Below are positions 37,905 through 51,121 of a DNA stretch of 64,000 bases, in pieces (the first letter of the stretch is position 1; every line of letters starts with the position of its first letter). Below the pieces are notes generated by a model. The model was not told where the DNA came from. It did no database searches and saw nothing but the letters and a program-made list of their open reading frames with translations. This stretch comes from Penicillus capitatus. Its lineage: Eukaryota; Plantae; Chlorophyta. Location: positions 77,101-141,100 of the forward strand of contig OZ287708.1 of the NCBI GenBank assembly GCA_965649825.1, read 5' to 3'. The position numbers and the translations under genes are program-made.

Positions 37905-38880
37905 ATGGCGCGTGCTCCTATGCCACCGTCTCGTGCAGAAGGGAGCGCCAGAGGGCAACGGGCAGTGCACCACAAACAACAACGCATCAAGAGACAACTT
38001 GATCGCGCTCTCTATCGCGTCCCCCTCTCCTTCAAACGCCGGCACGTTTTTGAGTCTCTCTTCGTGAGAAGCGTCAGTGGCGATGCGGAGAGTCCATTGG
38101 AAGACTGGACGAGCGAGAGACCACGACTCGATCCCTTTGTCAACAACCCGACGTCAAAGAATGAAAAGCCGATGCTCAGAGTGTGTTTTGCCGTGTCTTT
38201 TCGCTGTCACAGTCGACAGCTGCTCTGCATGGGAGGCAGTCAGTTTCCTTTTGGATGGTCCTTTGTCTCCATCGCTAAGCTCCCGATGACATGGAATCCC
38301 AAAGACAGATGGACTGCAGAGGTGGACCCCTCACCGCATACACCTCCATTGCATCACGCCCGTCTGTTTTCAGGTTTATCTGCCGCTGGGAATGCGACTG
38401 GAGTACAAATATGTCATACTCGAGGAACAGGTGTGCTGACTGCTTGATGTGGGTACCACGGTCGATGGAGTGTAGGTGTGGACCAATCAGCAAAACGAAG
38501 ACTCAGAAGGCGTGGTCGAAGTGACCTACCGTTCAGGAAAGTCTCCTGGACAACCCCCCGACGTACACAAGATCCGAAAACAGATGGCGATTGTCGATTG
38601 GCAGCCTGGGCCAAATCGAGTGATCCAGATTCCGGATCAGGATGAAATTGATCGCTTGGTTCCGGACAAAGTCCTCCAGCGGACACCTGCACGGCCTCGA
38701 TCGTATTTCTCCTTTCGCAAACTGGACAGCTATCGGAAAAAGGCTTCTGTGGATGGAACGCGAGAAGAGCTCTCGTTAGATGCCAAGGGCGAACCCGTTT
38801 TGCACCGTTATGACATTTGGCCGAATCGAGGGACATCCTTGAGCTTTGAAGATGCTCGGCGATTCTTCTTGGGGGAATAA
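37905..38880 (+). CDS. CBM20 starch-binding domain protein (multi-exon)
   Basis: Transit-peptide-like N-terminus; LCMGGSQFPFGWS, MTWNPKDRWTAEV, RLEYKYVILEEQ, WQPGPNRVIQIP fit a CBM20 fold. Confidence 0.8.
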
Positions 38881-39126
38881 AATCTCAAACGGTTAAGCAA
38901 AGAACCGTGTGTCCACTTCTTTGTTTTCACATGTTGACCTTGAAGTTGTGCCTCAGGACGAAATGTGTCGTTGTTGTTGTCGTCGTTGTTTTATCGAACA
39001 GGATAACGAACTTCTGGCAACGCACATGAATCTCCTTGACGCTGTTCTATTCTGATGATGTATTTGAGTACCGAGTGCCTTTGACGCTATCCATGCCGAT
39101 GAAACACCTTCTGTGACGCATAGCAA

Positions 39127-41260
39127 ATGAACTTGGTGCCGACAATGAAATCGACGTCGCCTCGTGTGCGCGCTAGCTACGTCAATGCCCATCAAGGAGT
39201 TCATCAAACGCATGATTGTCATTGCGGCCGCCTCTGCCCATGGCGACGACACTGGATGCCAATGCAGGTGTGTTCTGTCACCGCGTTCGAGGTACATTCA
39301 CCTGAGGCGACGTTTCTGGACAGACAGCGGAGTCTCTCTTCTGCTGAGAAAACGCCTGCGTGATGGGGTCGTCTCTTCAGACGAAGAGCTGGAAGAGATC
39401 GAAAGCGAAGGGATGGATTCGGAATCGAATCCCATCTCCGACAGCATCATGACATCGACAGCATTCTCGAGTCTGGGTCTATCGGACGTGTTGACAGCGG
39501 TATGGATCGTTCTGCATCTCTGCTTCTGTCTGACGCCGTGAGCAGGCCATCGAGGAGATGGGACTGCAGTACATGACAAAGATCCAAGCACAGAGCATAC
39601 CGGAGGCGCTGAAGGGACAGGATGTACTCGGAGCAGCGAGAACAGGTGACCATTGCGTGGCGTTGTCGTCGGATGTGATGAGAGATGGATTGGCTGTTGA
39701 GGTTCTGGCAAGACATTGGCCTTCTTGATTCCGGCAGTGGAGGCGCTCTATCAGACAAAGTTCTCAAGTCTCAACGGCACGGGCGTCACAGTCATCTCTC
39801 CCACAAGAGAACTGGCTGTTCAGATCCATACCGTCGCTCAGGAACTCATGAAAGATCTTTCGCAAACCAGCGGTAACAAACGCCCCTGTAAGAATTGAGG
39901 GAACAGAATCCATATCGTTGGATGAAGGGCTGGTGATGGGTGGCTCCAATCGAAGGAACGAAGTGATGAAGTTGAGCAAAGGTGTCAATCTACTGGTGGC
40001 GACGCCCGGAAGACTACTGGATCATCTGCAGCACACCAAAGTGATCGACCTTTTCGAAATGAACGACAGATGTCACATCAGCGTCAGGAATTTCTGTGGA
40101 GGAATCTGTTCTGTTTGGTGATCGATGAGGCCGATCGGATTCTGGACGTGGGTTTCGAGGAAGAACTCAAGAGCATTGTCAAGATTCTGCCCAAAACACG
40201 ACAGACCATGCTCTTCTCGGCCACTCAGACGACAACAGTCACTACTCTCTCCTCCACTCCATCTTCCGACAAGCACAGCCCTTCAGGTTCGCGATTTGGC
40301 CAAGGTCTGTTTCCAGAAGGCGCCCATCTATGTGGGTGTCGATGACGAACGTCATGTCTCGACGCGTGAGACCCTCGAACAGGCGTACTGTATGGTGCCG
40401 CCTGAACTGCGACTCCGTCTGCTCATCACCTTCCTGAAGAAAAACAAATCGAAGAAAGTCTGTGCATTGTACGAAGGGCAAATCGTGAGTGCGTCGATCG
40501 ATGTGTCCTCGTAGATCATTGTGTTCTTTTCTTCGTGCAAATCCACACAGTTCCACAGCGATCTGTTCAATTTCATCGACTTGCCAGTGCTGTGTTTGCA
40601 CGGCAAGATGAAACAGAGTGCCCGTTCCAAGACATTTACAGAATTCTCCAAGGCCTCCAAGGGGACACTGTTCAGTACAGATGTCGCTGCCAGAGGACTG
40701 GACATTCCATCGGTCGACTGGATCGTGCAGTACGATCCGCCACTCGATCCCAAAGAGTATATTCATCGCGTGGGTCGCACAGCACGTGGTGTGGCGATGC
40801 GTGGCAAGGCATTGCTTTTCCTGATGCCACAGGAACGTCCCTTCCTAAATTACTTAAGGGAGGCACGTGTGCCTATACACGAATATGTGTTTCCTCAAAA
40901 CAAACTTGCCAATGTTCAATCGCAGTTGGAGAATCTCATCGAAAGCAACTACTATCTGCATACATCTGCGAGAGACGCTTATAAAGGATACGTTCTGGCA
41001 TACAACGCCCATATACTCAAAGATGCGTTCAATGCCCACACGCTCGATCTGATGAAGGTTTGTTCAGCGTCAGAATGATCGATAGATAGATAGTACATTG
41101 TCGTGATGTGATGTGACAGGTGTGTCAGTCATTCGGATTTACTGCTCCGCCCAAAGTGGACTTGAGATTGGAGAGCAAAGCAGCTCGAGTGCGCAAAGCT
41201 AAAGAAGAGGGAAAGCAGATAAAATTCAAACGCATCAAAGCGCAACAGGGTTCTGGCTAG
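39127..41260 (+). CDS. HAS1: DEAD-box RNA helicase HAS1/DDX18 (60S biogenesis), multi-exon; start approximate
   Basis: Spliced [90 protein letters not shown]. Confidence 0.95.
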
Positions 41261-41289
41261 ATGGATTTCGGAAGAGCGTTCGCGTCATG

Positions 41290-43500
41290 TCACTGCAAGG
41301 AACTTGTCACATCCGTCGCTTCCGTTTCTGATGTAAACCCATCGTTGATGGCAACGAACCCGTCCGTTAGCTCCTCACCCATGAACAAAATTTCGAACAC
41401 TTGATTGACAAATTCTGCATTTGAACGGGACGGAATTTCGAGATCTGGAGCAAAGGTCACTCCAGCAAGCTGCGGTTGAAAACAGACACCCTGCTGGACA
41501 GAAGGCAGATGAAAATCTAGACGATAGATGGCACGACTCCTCTGCGATGCACCGATCTGCACGAGCAGTCAAAGAGGACAGTAGGTCGGTGGGCATACAG
41601 TGAGTGCGTGTGTCCAACCTGTCTCTGGATCGATACGATCAGCTCGCGTATGATGAACGAGATGCTTTCCAGCAGGTCTTCCCACTCGATGTCTTTGGAA
41701 GCGAGGACTTTGACCAACTCCGAGTGCGAGAGTACCTTCACGGACACACTGTCCGATGGGTCGTCGTTCGGAATGGCGTTACTGTCTGCGTCGGATCTTC
41801 GAACGGCAGTTGGACGTTTTCATCTGCCAGGAATGCGGCATCCAATGAGAAAGGCGAGGAGGCAACGGTGGCGTAAGCTTCTCTGTAGAGATAGGCATCC
41901 ATGGGATCAAATGCATAGACGAGTAGAAACATGCTCATCATGACTTTGCATCCCTCGTATAGGAACGGACTGGGGTTCAGTTTCTGAACCACCCAGTTGC
42001 CGTCGTTTGCCTCCAAGTACTTAACAATTGTCTTGATTTTGCTAGTCACACACCAATCCAGCGTTCCAGCATCGCCGCCCACCAACATCCACCATGGATC
42101 CACCGTCTGCTCATATACATCCAAAAAGAGCTTGATCTCCGTCTTGAGGTCAAAAGAGTGGGGCAACCAATCCGGTAAGAGTTCTGTGGGATTGGTGATG
42201 GAGTCGAGAATGACGGAAGCAGAGGAGTAATCATCCGGAACGTGATGTCCACTACGGACCACATGTAACAGTCTCCTGGGACTGATGAGGGCGATTTCGT
42301 GAGGAAACTGATTGACAAGGCGCCGTCCGAGGTTGTTGAAACTGGCAACCGGACAGGCAGCGAACAGTATGTCACTGGATTCGAACTCCTGAACGAGTTG
42401 AAAGCCGGAATGGGTCAAATGCTTGCACACAGAGTGATGGTCCGAAAAGACCTGAGTTCACAGAGACCATGGAAGAGGAGCGCGGGCAAAGGGACTGCTG
42501 TGCTTTTTGACAGGTCGGAGTGAATTCTGTCATGGCGGCCAGGGGACGAGCATCCGCTCTTTCGGTGATCGGCTTGGCCACTTCGTACTTCCCAGCCGAA
42601 GTCGGCGAAGAGCATTCGTTCACCTGCTGCAGACCAGATAGCTCTCCTGAATGGGCCCATCTAAAGCGACATCTCGAAATGCTGTACACAGGTGAATGGA
42701 GAGACCTTCCTGGCATATCACCGATCAAAGCCAGAAGCCGCGCTACGCGACTTCTGCTGCGTTTCTTCGGCAGAAGATCGCGTTTGAGCATCTGATCTGG
42801 TTCAAGTGGCGATATGAGGCAGACAATGGACGCTCCATGTTTGAAGACATCGTGGTTTAGAGTCTCATAGATCACAGGTGGCAATGCCCTGACTACAGAA
42901 CATGTATCGCCATCCCGTTTACGGGGTGCTTGTGGAGTGACCTATGACATTTGGCGAATCTGCATGAGGGATCATTAGGATCTCAGACGATTCAACATGC
43001 CATTCGATCTCCATCGGCTGCGCACATCCATCATCGATTCCCACTGTGCACGAAAGACACCAATGCCAGTAGGACTCAAACAGCTCTCCCATGCCTAAAT
43101 CGAACAGCAGATCGATCCTGTTCCCAGGCAACGGGGTGTCAGTCGACTTGTCTCTGCAGGAAGGCGAAAAGCTCGTAGAAGACAATCTCGCAGTTCTGTG
43201 TTTGCATGAATCTCATTGTAGAGTGCTGAGCGAGTGGAGAGATGCGCGTGTGGCAGGACCCAAATGTCATCAAATGCAGAAAGCTGACGAGAGCTCACAA
43301 GTCGTGGATACCCTCTTTCATCGTCCGCTATCTATGGACCATATCGACACTGAGTATGTCGTTCTAACGCAATATGACTGCACTTTGAACGCTCCTTCAC
43401 AGCCGACCTCTCCCTTCGTGAGTTTCTGCGTCAAAGTCGTCGAGAGAATGGCTGGGATACGGAGGAGGTCCAGGAATTCTTTACAGCGATAGCCAAGCAT
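41290..43500 (-). CDS. TTLL12: Tubulin-tyrosine-ligase-like 12 family protein (SET-like + TTL-like), highly divergent; start approximate
   Basis: LRIPAILSTTLTQKL, PHADSPNV, KRDLL..RVARL (SET-like part); WLPHSFDLKTE, NWVVQK, PFLYEG, VYAFDPMDAYLY, SRAIYRLDF, FVNQVFEILF follow the TTLL12 domain order. Confidence 0.65.
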
Positions 43501-44000
43501 GTTAGACAGAGAGATGACGCGAAATGATGAGGAGCATTGACGGAAACATTATCGTTAACGTGTGGCGAGTGGATCTGTGTGGCACGGATCGAGGCCTTAA
43601 GAGCATGGAGGCTACGAAACGACCGTCGACGATTCCGAAGGCCGTGCGACGCAGTCGAGTGCCCGAGACTGACGAACATGCGCCGTCCAACGACGAGAGG
43701 CACGAGAGAAGACCAACAGCAATCGTTGTTCTTTGAATCCCCACATGACATCCGTTGTAGGCGGAGTCCGTCGACATCTGCCGACGAAGACGACGGCGTC
43801 ATCGAATTTCGAAACACGAGGAGAGAAGGTAAGGGATGTCACGTGGCGTCTGCCTCTCTTGCCGATGCCATTCTCGACGAGGTGTCATCAATCCTGATTC
43901 CTCTATGGATACTCGGACGCCGCTCGAGGCAGAAGCCAGAGAGAAACAGCGCGCCCTGCAGGAGAGCAACAAGACGGTATAGACTCTAAACGTCACACAA

Positions 44001-46431
44001 ATGGCGGATCTCACTCTTTGGCGAACGCACGCGTCAGGTTACGTTCGGTCCGATGCCCGGCGACAATCTCCAACCGAACGGCGAGGGTTCTCGAGATTCG
44101 AACGATCTCCTCGTGCCGAATATCTTCACAAAGTAGCTTTCCTTTTTCGGCTGGAACTTCTCTAACGGCAGCATCTCGACGCGAGTCTGCCTGAGGCATC
44201 TTCGTCTTCGGCACCCGAGACCGTCGTCGTCAAAACGATTCGTCTGATTGTGCGCCGAGCTTACCGAAACAGAGCATCTGGACAGTTGTATGCCTATGCC
44301 GAAGGACGACGCCTCATTGTCATCCGCAACGACATTCCATTGCCAGTGCTCAAGTACATGGCCTGAATGCCGAAACTGTCTCATATCGCGTCGTTTTACA
44401 GAGAGGAGTGTTCCAAAGCGCTGAAACTGAATGAAGTCCAGGAATTACTTATGAGTGAGAATGGCTTCATGACTGGCGTGATGCACGCACGGAACCTCTG
44501 TAACTTGGACGAGATCATTGCTGTCACAGATCCACCACAACAACCGTCGTCCTCTGCTGATCTGCTGAGTGTGACGGTGGATGTGCAGACGCAATTGGCT
44601 CTGCTGTACGGATTTTATACATGCCTTGAATCTGGGCTACCCAGATCACAAGCCTTTGATGGAGAATCCAGCCGATCCCGAGAATTTCCACGTGACAAAT
44701 CGATCCTACTCACGCATTGCGATCATCGTCCAGAAACTGAATACGACACAAGTGGTGGTGGAGAAAGGCTCTCAGGTAACAACAGCTTCCCACAAGCGAA
44801 ACCTCTTTCCAAGTCATGGCTCGCGTTTTGGCAGTAGGAGGTCCGTAAAATGAGTCAAGGTTGGGCGCGAGTGGCGGGTCAGCTTCTCAACAGCTCCCGT
44901 CCCTTCTATGTCTACTCATGGAAGCAAGCTCTGATGGTGGATCTCAAAATCGCACTCAGAATGATCGGCATTCCACTGTCCATCGGGGTGATCTTGGCCT
45001 GTCTTCCCTTCAACACAGATGTCGAGACGAAGGACCATCCACTCTATGCCTTCGTCGGCATCGGAATTCTCGGATTCCAGACAGGTGCATGTATTTTCTG
45101 GCCTCTCGCCTCAAGCTGCGTTTCTAGGCCTCTTTGTGAATGCTTGGATTGGATATTATTTCTACATCCATATGAGCATCATGAGCTACCTCTTCAGTGC
45201 AATCGTTGCCCCTTTCATCAGCATTGCCCTCTATTTCGCCCTGTCGGCCATCGTCTTTCCATTCTACAACACCCCTGTCTGCATCATGCTTATCCTCACA
45301 ACCTTCGTCCAACCATTCCTGCACGCGTGCTCGATCATGAAGCGCATGTCTGCATAGGTTTACTTGATGTCCTATCCACATATGCCTGCACGTCTGAAAC
45401 AGAAGTCCGAGGTCAAGAAGGATGTCGGGAACTCGCTGATCATCCTCGAGTTCTTTATGCTGGTCTTTGTGGTCAATCGATTGCTGGTGCTGAATTTTGG
45501 ACAGAGGGACACGACATCGCTCATTGTTCTGAGTGTGATCTATCCGCTGCTCGTGAGCAGAAGCAAAACAGACTGCGCCAGAATGGCAGAAGCATTCAAC
45601 CGCAAATCTGTTGCCGTCGTGGAAGCCTTCTTCACATTCGTGTCCTCCGTTTTCCAGGTCTGACTCGGCAGCAAAGACCTTATTGGCATGCCCCTTCTCT
45701 GCAGATGATCGTATTTCTCTCCATCAACTCAAAAGCTAACCCCCTCTACATCTTCTTCCTCATCAACTTCACCGATTTTATCTGTCTCATCGTGGGAGGC
45801 CCCGTTTCTGCCTTCTTCGAGAAAAACAATGCTCAAATTCTGAAAGAGCATCGGGAGAAAGTTGACACAGATCCCTTTAACGAAGCGCTAGGTGTCTTTG
45901 CGAAGTGGGTTAAGGTAGGACCACCCCATCATCCCTCTCTGCCAAGCAGTTGGTCATCTCGGTGCTCGATGCTCAGGACCCATTTCATCTGAAGCCACTG
46001 CTTATCAAGTGTTACTGTGAAGCATCAGCCAAATCCACGTTCATTGTCTTGGCATTGCTCATCCGCTGGGGTCCGTCTGGAAAAGCCTATCCCTTCATTC
46101 ACGACGTGGACGACAAGGGCTTCTACGAAGCCATCTATTTCACCGTGGTGGAGTTTGCCATGTGGCTCTCGATGCAGTATCTTGTGGAGATATACCTCAG
46201 ACGGCAGAGATGCCAATACATGCTGCAGTAAATTGCCATCTTCTTTTTCTGGACCACACTCACTGCGTCCCCAGGAAAGAGAAGAAGAACATGCTGTGCA
46301 TTGCAAACATCTTGGGCCTCATCAACTCCTTTGTCACAGTGAATTGCGCCCGTAGACATGGTAGATGATTTGACAAGGGTGCCTTCTAGGCGCTGCTATT
46401 GCTTCAGCAGACACCTGTATCAGGCGCATGA
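44001..46431 (+). CDS. Multi-pass membrane protein with N-terminal soluble ubiquitin-like (KHA/PB1-like) domain, multi-exon
   Basis: Splice-consistent model from ATG 44001. GRRLIVIRNDIPLPVLKEECSKALKL..ENGF..ARNLCNLDEIIAV resembles a beta-grasp domain. About 8-10 hydrophobic segments follow (44900-46400). Confidence 0.6.
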
Positions 46432-46537
46432 TCCAATGAACGTGGAATCTGAGAAGAGATCGATTCTCTTCGTCATAAACGACTCACAAATCGTTCAAAA
46501 CGGATCAATAAGTAAGGAGTGTTCAAAACGACGCATA

Positions 46538-48271
46538 TTAAAATGCAGCAAGTTTTCTTTCGAGAACCGTCAGTTCTTGGCGACATTCCCTGCGAAATTC
46601 ATGCAGAAGTTAATGAATTGTCGCAGCGTATGGGTTGGCACTTGATTTCTTGTGCGTATCGCTTCTCCTCGGCTGTCATGTTGGATGCCTCCTCTGCCAA
46701 TCTGGCAATTTCATTGTCCATGGATTCCATGGCCTGCTTGAAAGCCACCACCCCTTTCAGCACGTCGCTATTCTCACGCTCAAATGCTCTGTGCCATCCA
46801 CGATCTCATGTCGATAGAGAGATTCGGTAGTGGACATGGACCTCAGATCAGCAAGTGCTTCTTTTTTGCTTTCTTGAGCCTCTTTCAGTCGCTGATTGAA
46901 TCTTTCTATCGACGACTTGATCTCTGCCTTCAATGCCAATGCAGCATTTTTCTCACCCAATGCCTTCTCTCTGCGTATCATCTTGCTGTTTCCAAGATCA
47001 CTTGATAGAGCTTATCGTACTTCTGCTGACGCAGTGCCTCCTCTCGTGCCTCCCTCTTAGGCGTAGCTGTACGAGAAGGGGCGCCCTTTGACGCTGGGGC
47101 TGATTTGCTTTGATAAGAACGTTCTGCCTGAGTCGCTGGACCTTCTTTGCGTTTCAGACCTGGCAGACCACCCACACTGATACTGGATCGCACGCTTTGA
47201 TCTTCATCCTCTATCTGAATCGTCACGGATTAAGACACAGACAACCTAAAAATGAGAACGCACCGGTTCCTCCTCTCCTTCCGAAAGAAGGCGTTCGTAG
47301 ATTTGCGTTATCGGTTCTTTTGTCGATTCTGCAGAGACTGGCGTACGACGAAGAATGAGCAGTCGCTCGTCAAGATAGAGAATCTGATCACGAATTTCAA
47401 AGTCATCATCTTCCGTTTTCGTTCCGAAAGGGCCTTCGCGTTTTCTCTTGGTTAGGTTTATCTCGATCACCACGACTGTTTATTGACGATGCCTTGTTCA
47501 ATTTTCACTTACCACCGTTCTGTCGGACGACAGAATCTTGGCAGCACCGATACGAGACCGAGATGCAGGAAACACTCCAAACTCCTTCATCTCGAATCTC
47601 TCGACAACATCAAGGGAATCGTAGATGGTAAAAGTCGGTTTCGTGGCAAACGGTGGAAACCCCGCCTGTCCGAGATAACGAACCTCAAACATGATTATGG
47701 GTCAGTGAACGACATTCACAGCCAAGCCTTACGGCGTAGTTTCCTGGCAGCAATGGACTTCTGGCAGGATTCCGAGGAATTTTGAATTGAGCCAGTTCCT
47801 CAACCTTGGAGAAAACGTGAGGTGAGTGAAATCGGCGAACAGGAGTATGGCAGCGTACAATGGATTGTACACGTTCGTTTACTCCGACCATCGCTTTGTC
47901 ATCTCGCCGTTTTATCAGCTCCATTACTTCAGACAACAGTTCCTCCACTCTATTCGACTTCGCCTGCGAATCTCCTCCTGTTTACGGTCATCTCGCTGCG
48001 CAGAGAAATCCATCCATGGTATGACCTCCAAAGAAAAGCGATTGCAGGAAGCTGGCGTGGGGGATCGTGGCTTCTCTTCCCCTTGCCATCGGTCGGCCAT
48101 CCCAGAGAGGCGTCGGCGAATAGAGGTGCTGTCTGTGGGCGACGCTGGACGTCGAAGGGCCGCCTTTCTTCGAGAAAGAAGCCACCGATGACGATCGGGG
48201 CACTGGTGTCGATCTCGTCGCTGTCGTCGTCCACATCTCGAAAATCGTTTGCGATCTGTGATGGGCGACAT
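46538..48271 (-). CDS. PAP/fibrillin-like plastid protein with C-terminal coiled coil (multi-exon)
   Basis: Arg-rich transit-like exon 1; VEELAQFKIPRNPARSPLLPGNY and QILYLDERLLILRR resemble PAP_fibrillin (P..SPLL.G.W; YLDE.LRI.R); heptad-rich C-terminus ends ERKLAAF*. Confidence 0.6.
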
Positions 48272-48295
48272 CTATTCTTCGCGTAATGCTCCAAA

Positions 48296-48880
48296 ATGAC
48301 TGACGAAAAGAAGCAATGTCGGAGACGAACTTCCGTTGAAAACGCGGCAGTGAAATGACACATAGAGAGGGTTCTCATATGACGGTTGCGGTGAAAGATA
48401 GGAGCGGAGCGGTCGAAGACAGGAGGACCGAGCAAAAGACTGAGAGTACTGCTCTTCAAGATTTCCCCTCGGCCGTCTGAAGATGAAAAAGACGAGACGG
48501 CGTCGCTGAGTGCTTTCTCGACGGATAGCGCCTCGATCGACGACGACGACGACACTCAGGAATCGACACAGGTTACACGATGACCCATTTCACATTTCAC
48601 TAAAATGTCGTGGCATTGATGATGGGTATGGCAGGGAGAAGAGGTTCATGGCGAGGTCGACATCTATGGTCAGTTTGTGCCTTATGTTTCATGCGAGATG
48701 CTAGATTGCGTTGAGTGTCACAGACCCATTATGGCCTCCAGGTAAGGAACCAAGATGTGTGTTGATTGTGGGGTAAGACGGGATGTGGTGATCTCCGGTA
48801 TGTTGCGATACGGAAGGTATGCAGCACATTTGTCGAGATGTATGGGATATGGTCGTTCAGCTTCAAGTCGAAGCGCCTGA
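48296..48880 (+). CDS. SGF11: SAGA deubiquitination module subunit Sgf11/ATXN7L3-like zinc finger (multi-exon; absent from the ORF track)
   Basis: Spliced VDIYGQFV..MLDCVECHRPIMASRYAAHLSRCMGYGRS* matches the Sgf11 finger D(I/V)FG..CxxC.R.I.A.RFA.HL.KCMG.GR. Confidence 0.85.
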
Positions 48881-49992
48881 GATGAAACGAAAACACTGAG
48901 CGGGGCGTTATTTGTAATCGATAGTTTCACGTATGCCGTTTGTCAGAAATATACATTCCAACAAAAGTGATCCCATGCATCGAGCTATGCCATACGAGAG
49001 TACAGCAGGAAAGAGGGGGGGTTATCGGGGATGGTCGGGTCGATCTTGTTTTCATTAAAGTAGGTCGTGAGCATGGGATGTCGTTGTTGGGGATCTTGGT
49101 CTTTTGGGCAGTGGGTGCGTCTACAAGTCATCATCGGACAGGGAGGGATCGGTGTCATGAAATTACTTATTTAAGGTGTTAGACATCCATTCAGCTAGGT
49201 TTGGATGCGTTTCAAACTAACACAAAAACACAAGCATTTACGACTTTTGGATAAACATAATGAGCCATTGTGAAACCCGTTACTTTGCATTGCAACATTC
49301 ATCACCAGCCATAGGATTCATGTCTCACTCGTGTATAAAAACCACGATTTGGTATGTCTAAGAATGTCGAACTGCGCATCTCCCGGCCATAGGAAGAGGC
49401 AGATCAAATTGAAAAGGTCCCACATACGCACGCACATAAGCAGAAGGTTGGTAAAGGAAATAGATGACTAAAACTTCCGAATTCTCTCAATCAAATCACA
49501 ATTACTGGTTATCGACTGAAGCTGTTGGATGTGTGTTTCCAGTCTCCAGTCGCGAAGAATGTGCACAGACAGACATGCAGGTTGCGAGCAAACAGACTAA
49601 GAGAATTGTGTCGCGATCATAAGGTATCCGAAAAGAATCAGGCCATGAGCAGTCATGGTGTCATGTCTCATTGTTTCTGAAAACGATTGTGATGTTGAAT
49701 GCATACACGACCCAACAAAAATCCTGTCGTTTTGATCCAGTCCATACTACTGTTACAGAGACGTCTCAATAAAACACTCGTATGCCTGCATCGCAAGGCT
49801 TGGAAAACAATAATGCCCTGCATATAACATTTCCAAGGTCAGCAGGATCAAAGCAGCAAAAACGAAGTCTTTCCATGTGAACCGGCTATAACCATCTGAA
49901 AACCATTTTATCCAATCCGTGTCATTATTGTCGTTGCGAACCAGGAATGGATAGGATGGCCACAGACAGGAAGAACACTGATTGTGTGTGTC

Positions 49993-50991
49993 CTATTTTC
50001 CAGAGTAGGACTTGTGGCTCTTGTACTTGACGGTCTCCGACATGAAGCTGGACAGGATGAGACAGAAAACCAGCGTCAGGGCTGTTCTGGATGACAAGAC
50101 ACCTTGTGCGGGACATGTCGCTGTCAGTGCATTGTTTCCTTCTTCGTCGTGATGATGAGAATGATGCTCAGATGGCAGATACCCATCCAACAGGACTAGA
50201 CTAAGTGAAATTGATTGCGAGAGAAAACGGAAAAGATACTTCTCTGTATAACTCGTCAGCATAATACCAAGTGCCGCCGTGTGTGTCAGGAGAGAACTCG
50301 ATAAGGTAAAGGATGACGGGGCAAGAATTCCAGAGGTCATAAGCAGACACACATGCAGCACGGCATTTACAGAGGAGAGGACGATCGAGGAAGGCAGGGT
50401 TCTCTTCACGGCACATCGGTTAGCACACACAGCCAGAAGTAAACCAAGAAACGTCCAGAACTCGATGCCAGATGGAATCTCGGGTATCCAGTTAAAAACT
50501 ACACGGGAGACAGCTGCCAATAGAAAAGAGACATAGGTTATGTTTGGCGAATCGAAGAGCGCCTTCTCCAAACGATGCAGCCACCGGGACAGCATGTTTC
50601 TGGTATTGGAATGCGCGGGTGCAGCATTATCTGCTCTTGAACGTTCTTGTTGTTCTTCGATAAGCGTCGTCACTGGTGCAGGACGACTCGTTCCCCCTAA
50701 CGGTGTTCGGAATTCAACGTTTGAGTGAACCTCGTGGTCCGCGCCGGTTCCAGCGAAGAGTTGGTCGTTACACAATATACTGCGCGCTGCTTCGGGAGGC
50801 CCCAGCAACCCGTTCTTTAGCGCGCCCACCAGAGCCGACACGCCAACAGCTTCGCACACCTCGTCGGGGAATAGAAGAGTAGAGACATCAGCCAGACGCG
50901 CTTCAAGTAATTGCGTGTCTTGTACTGTTGTTTCACCTCCGAGAGGATTTTCCAGCCAGCTTGGTAAATCGGCCAACGCAGAGGCGGCCAT
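49993..50991 (-). CDS. Intronless 332-aa membrane protein of unknown function
   Basis: Uninterrupted ORF with a good ATG; about 5-6 hydrophobic segments after a soluble N-terminus; HHSHHHDEE loop. Confidence 0.65.
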   Translation of the reverse strand: MAASALADLPSWLENPLGGETTVQDTQLLEARLADVSTLLFPDEVCEAVGVSALVGALKNGLLGPPEAARSILCNDQLFAGTGADHEVHSNVEFRTPLGGTSRPAPVTTLIEEQQERSRADNAAPAHSNTRNMLSRWLHRLEKALFDSPNITYVSFLLAAVSRVVFNWIPEIPSGIEFWTFLGLLLAVCANRCAVKRTLPSSIVLSSVNAVLHVCLLMTSGILAPSSFTLSSSLLTHTAALGIMLTSYTEKYLFRFLSQSISLSLVLLDGYLPSEHHSHHHDEEGNNALTATCPAQGVLSSRTALTLVFCLILSSFMSETVKYKSHKSYSGK

Positions 50992-51121
50992 GACAACGTC
51001 GTATATGTTGTTGTGTCACAAACTTCGACGCGGACTCGGACATGTCTGCATCAAATCGATTGAAATCCATACGACGTGATGCGACGTTTGAAGAGACAAC
51101 GACGACCACGAGTTATACGCA

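Noticed and set aside
47950-48555. 201-aa minus-strand ORF overlapping SGF11
   Set aside because: Splice phase into the fibrillin domain selects the other frame (ATG 48271); this ORF is a shadow.
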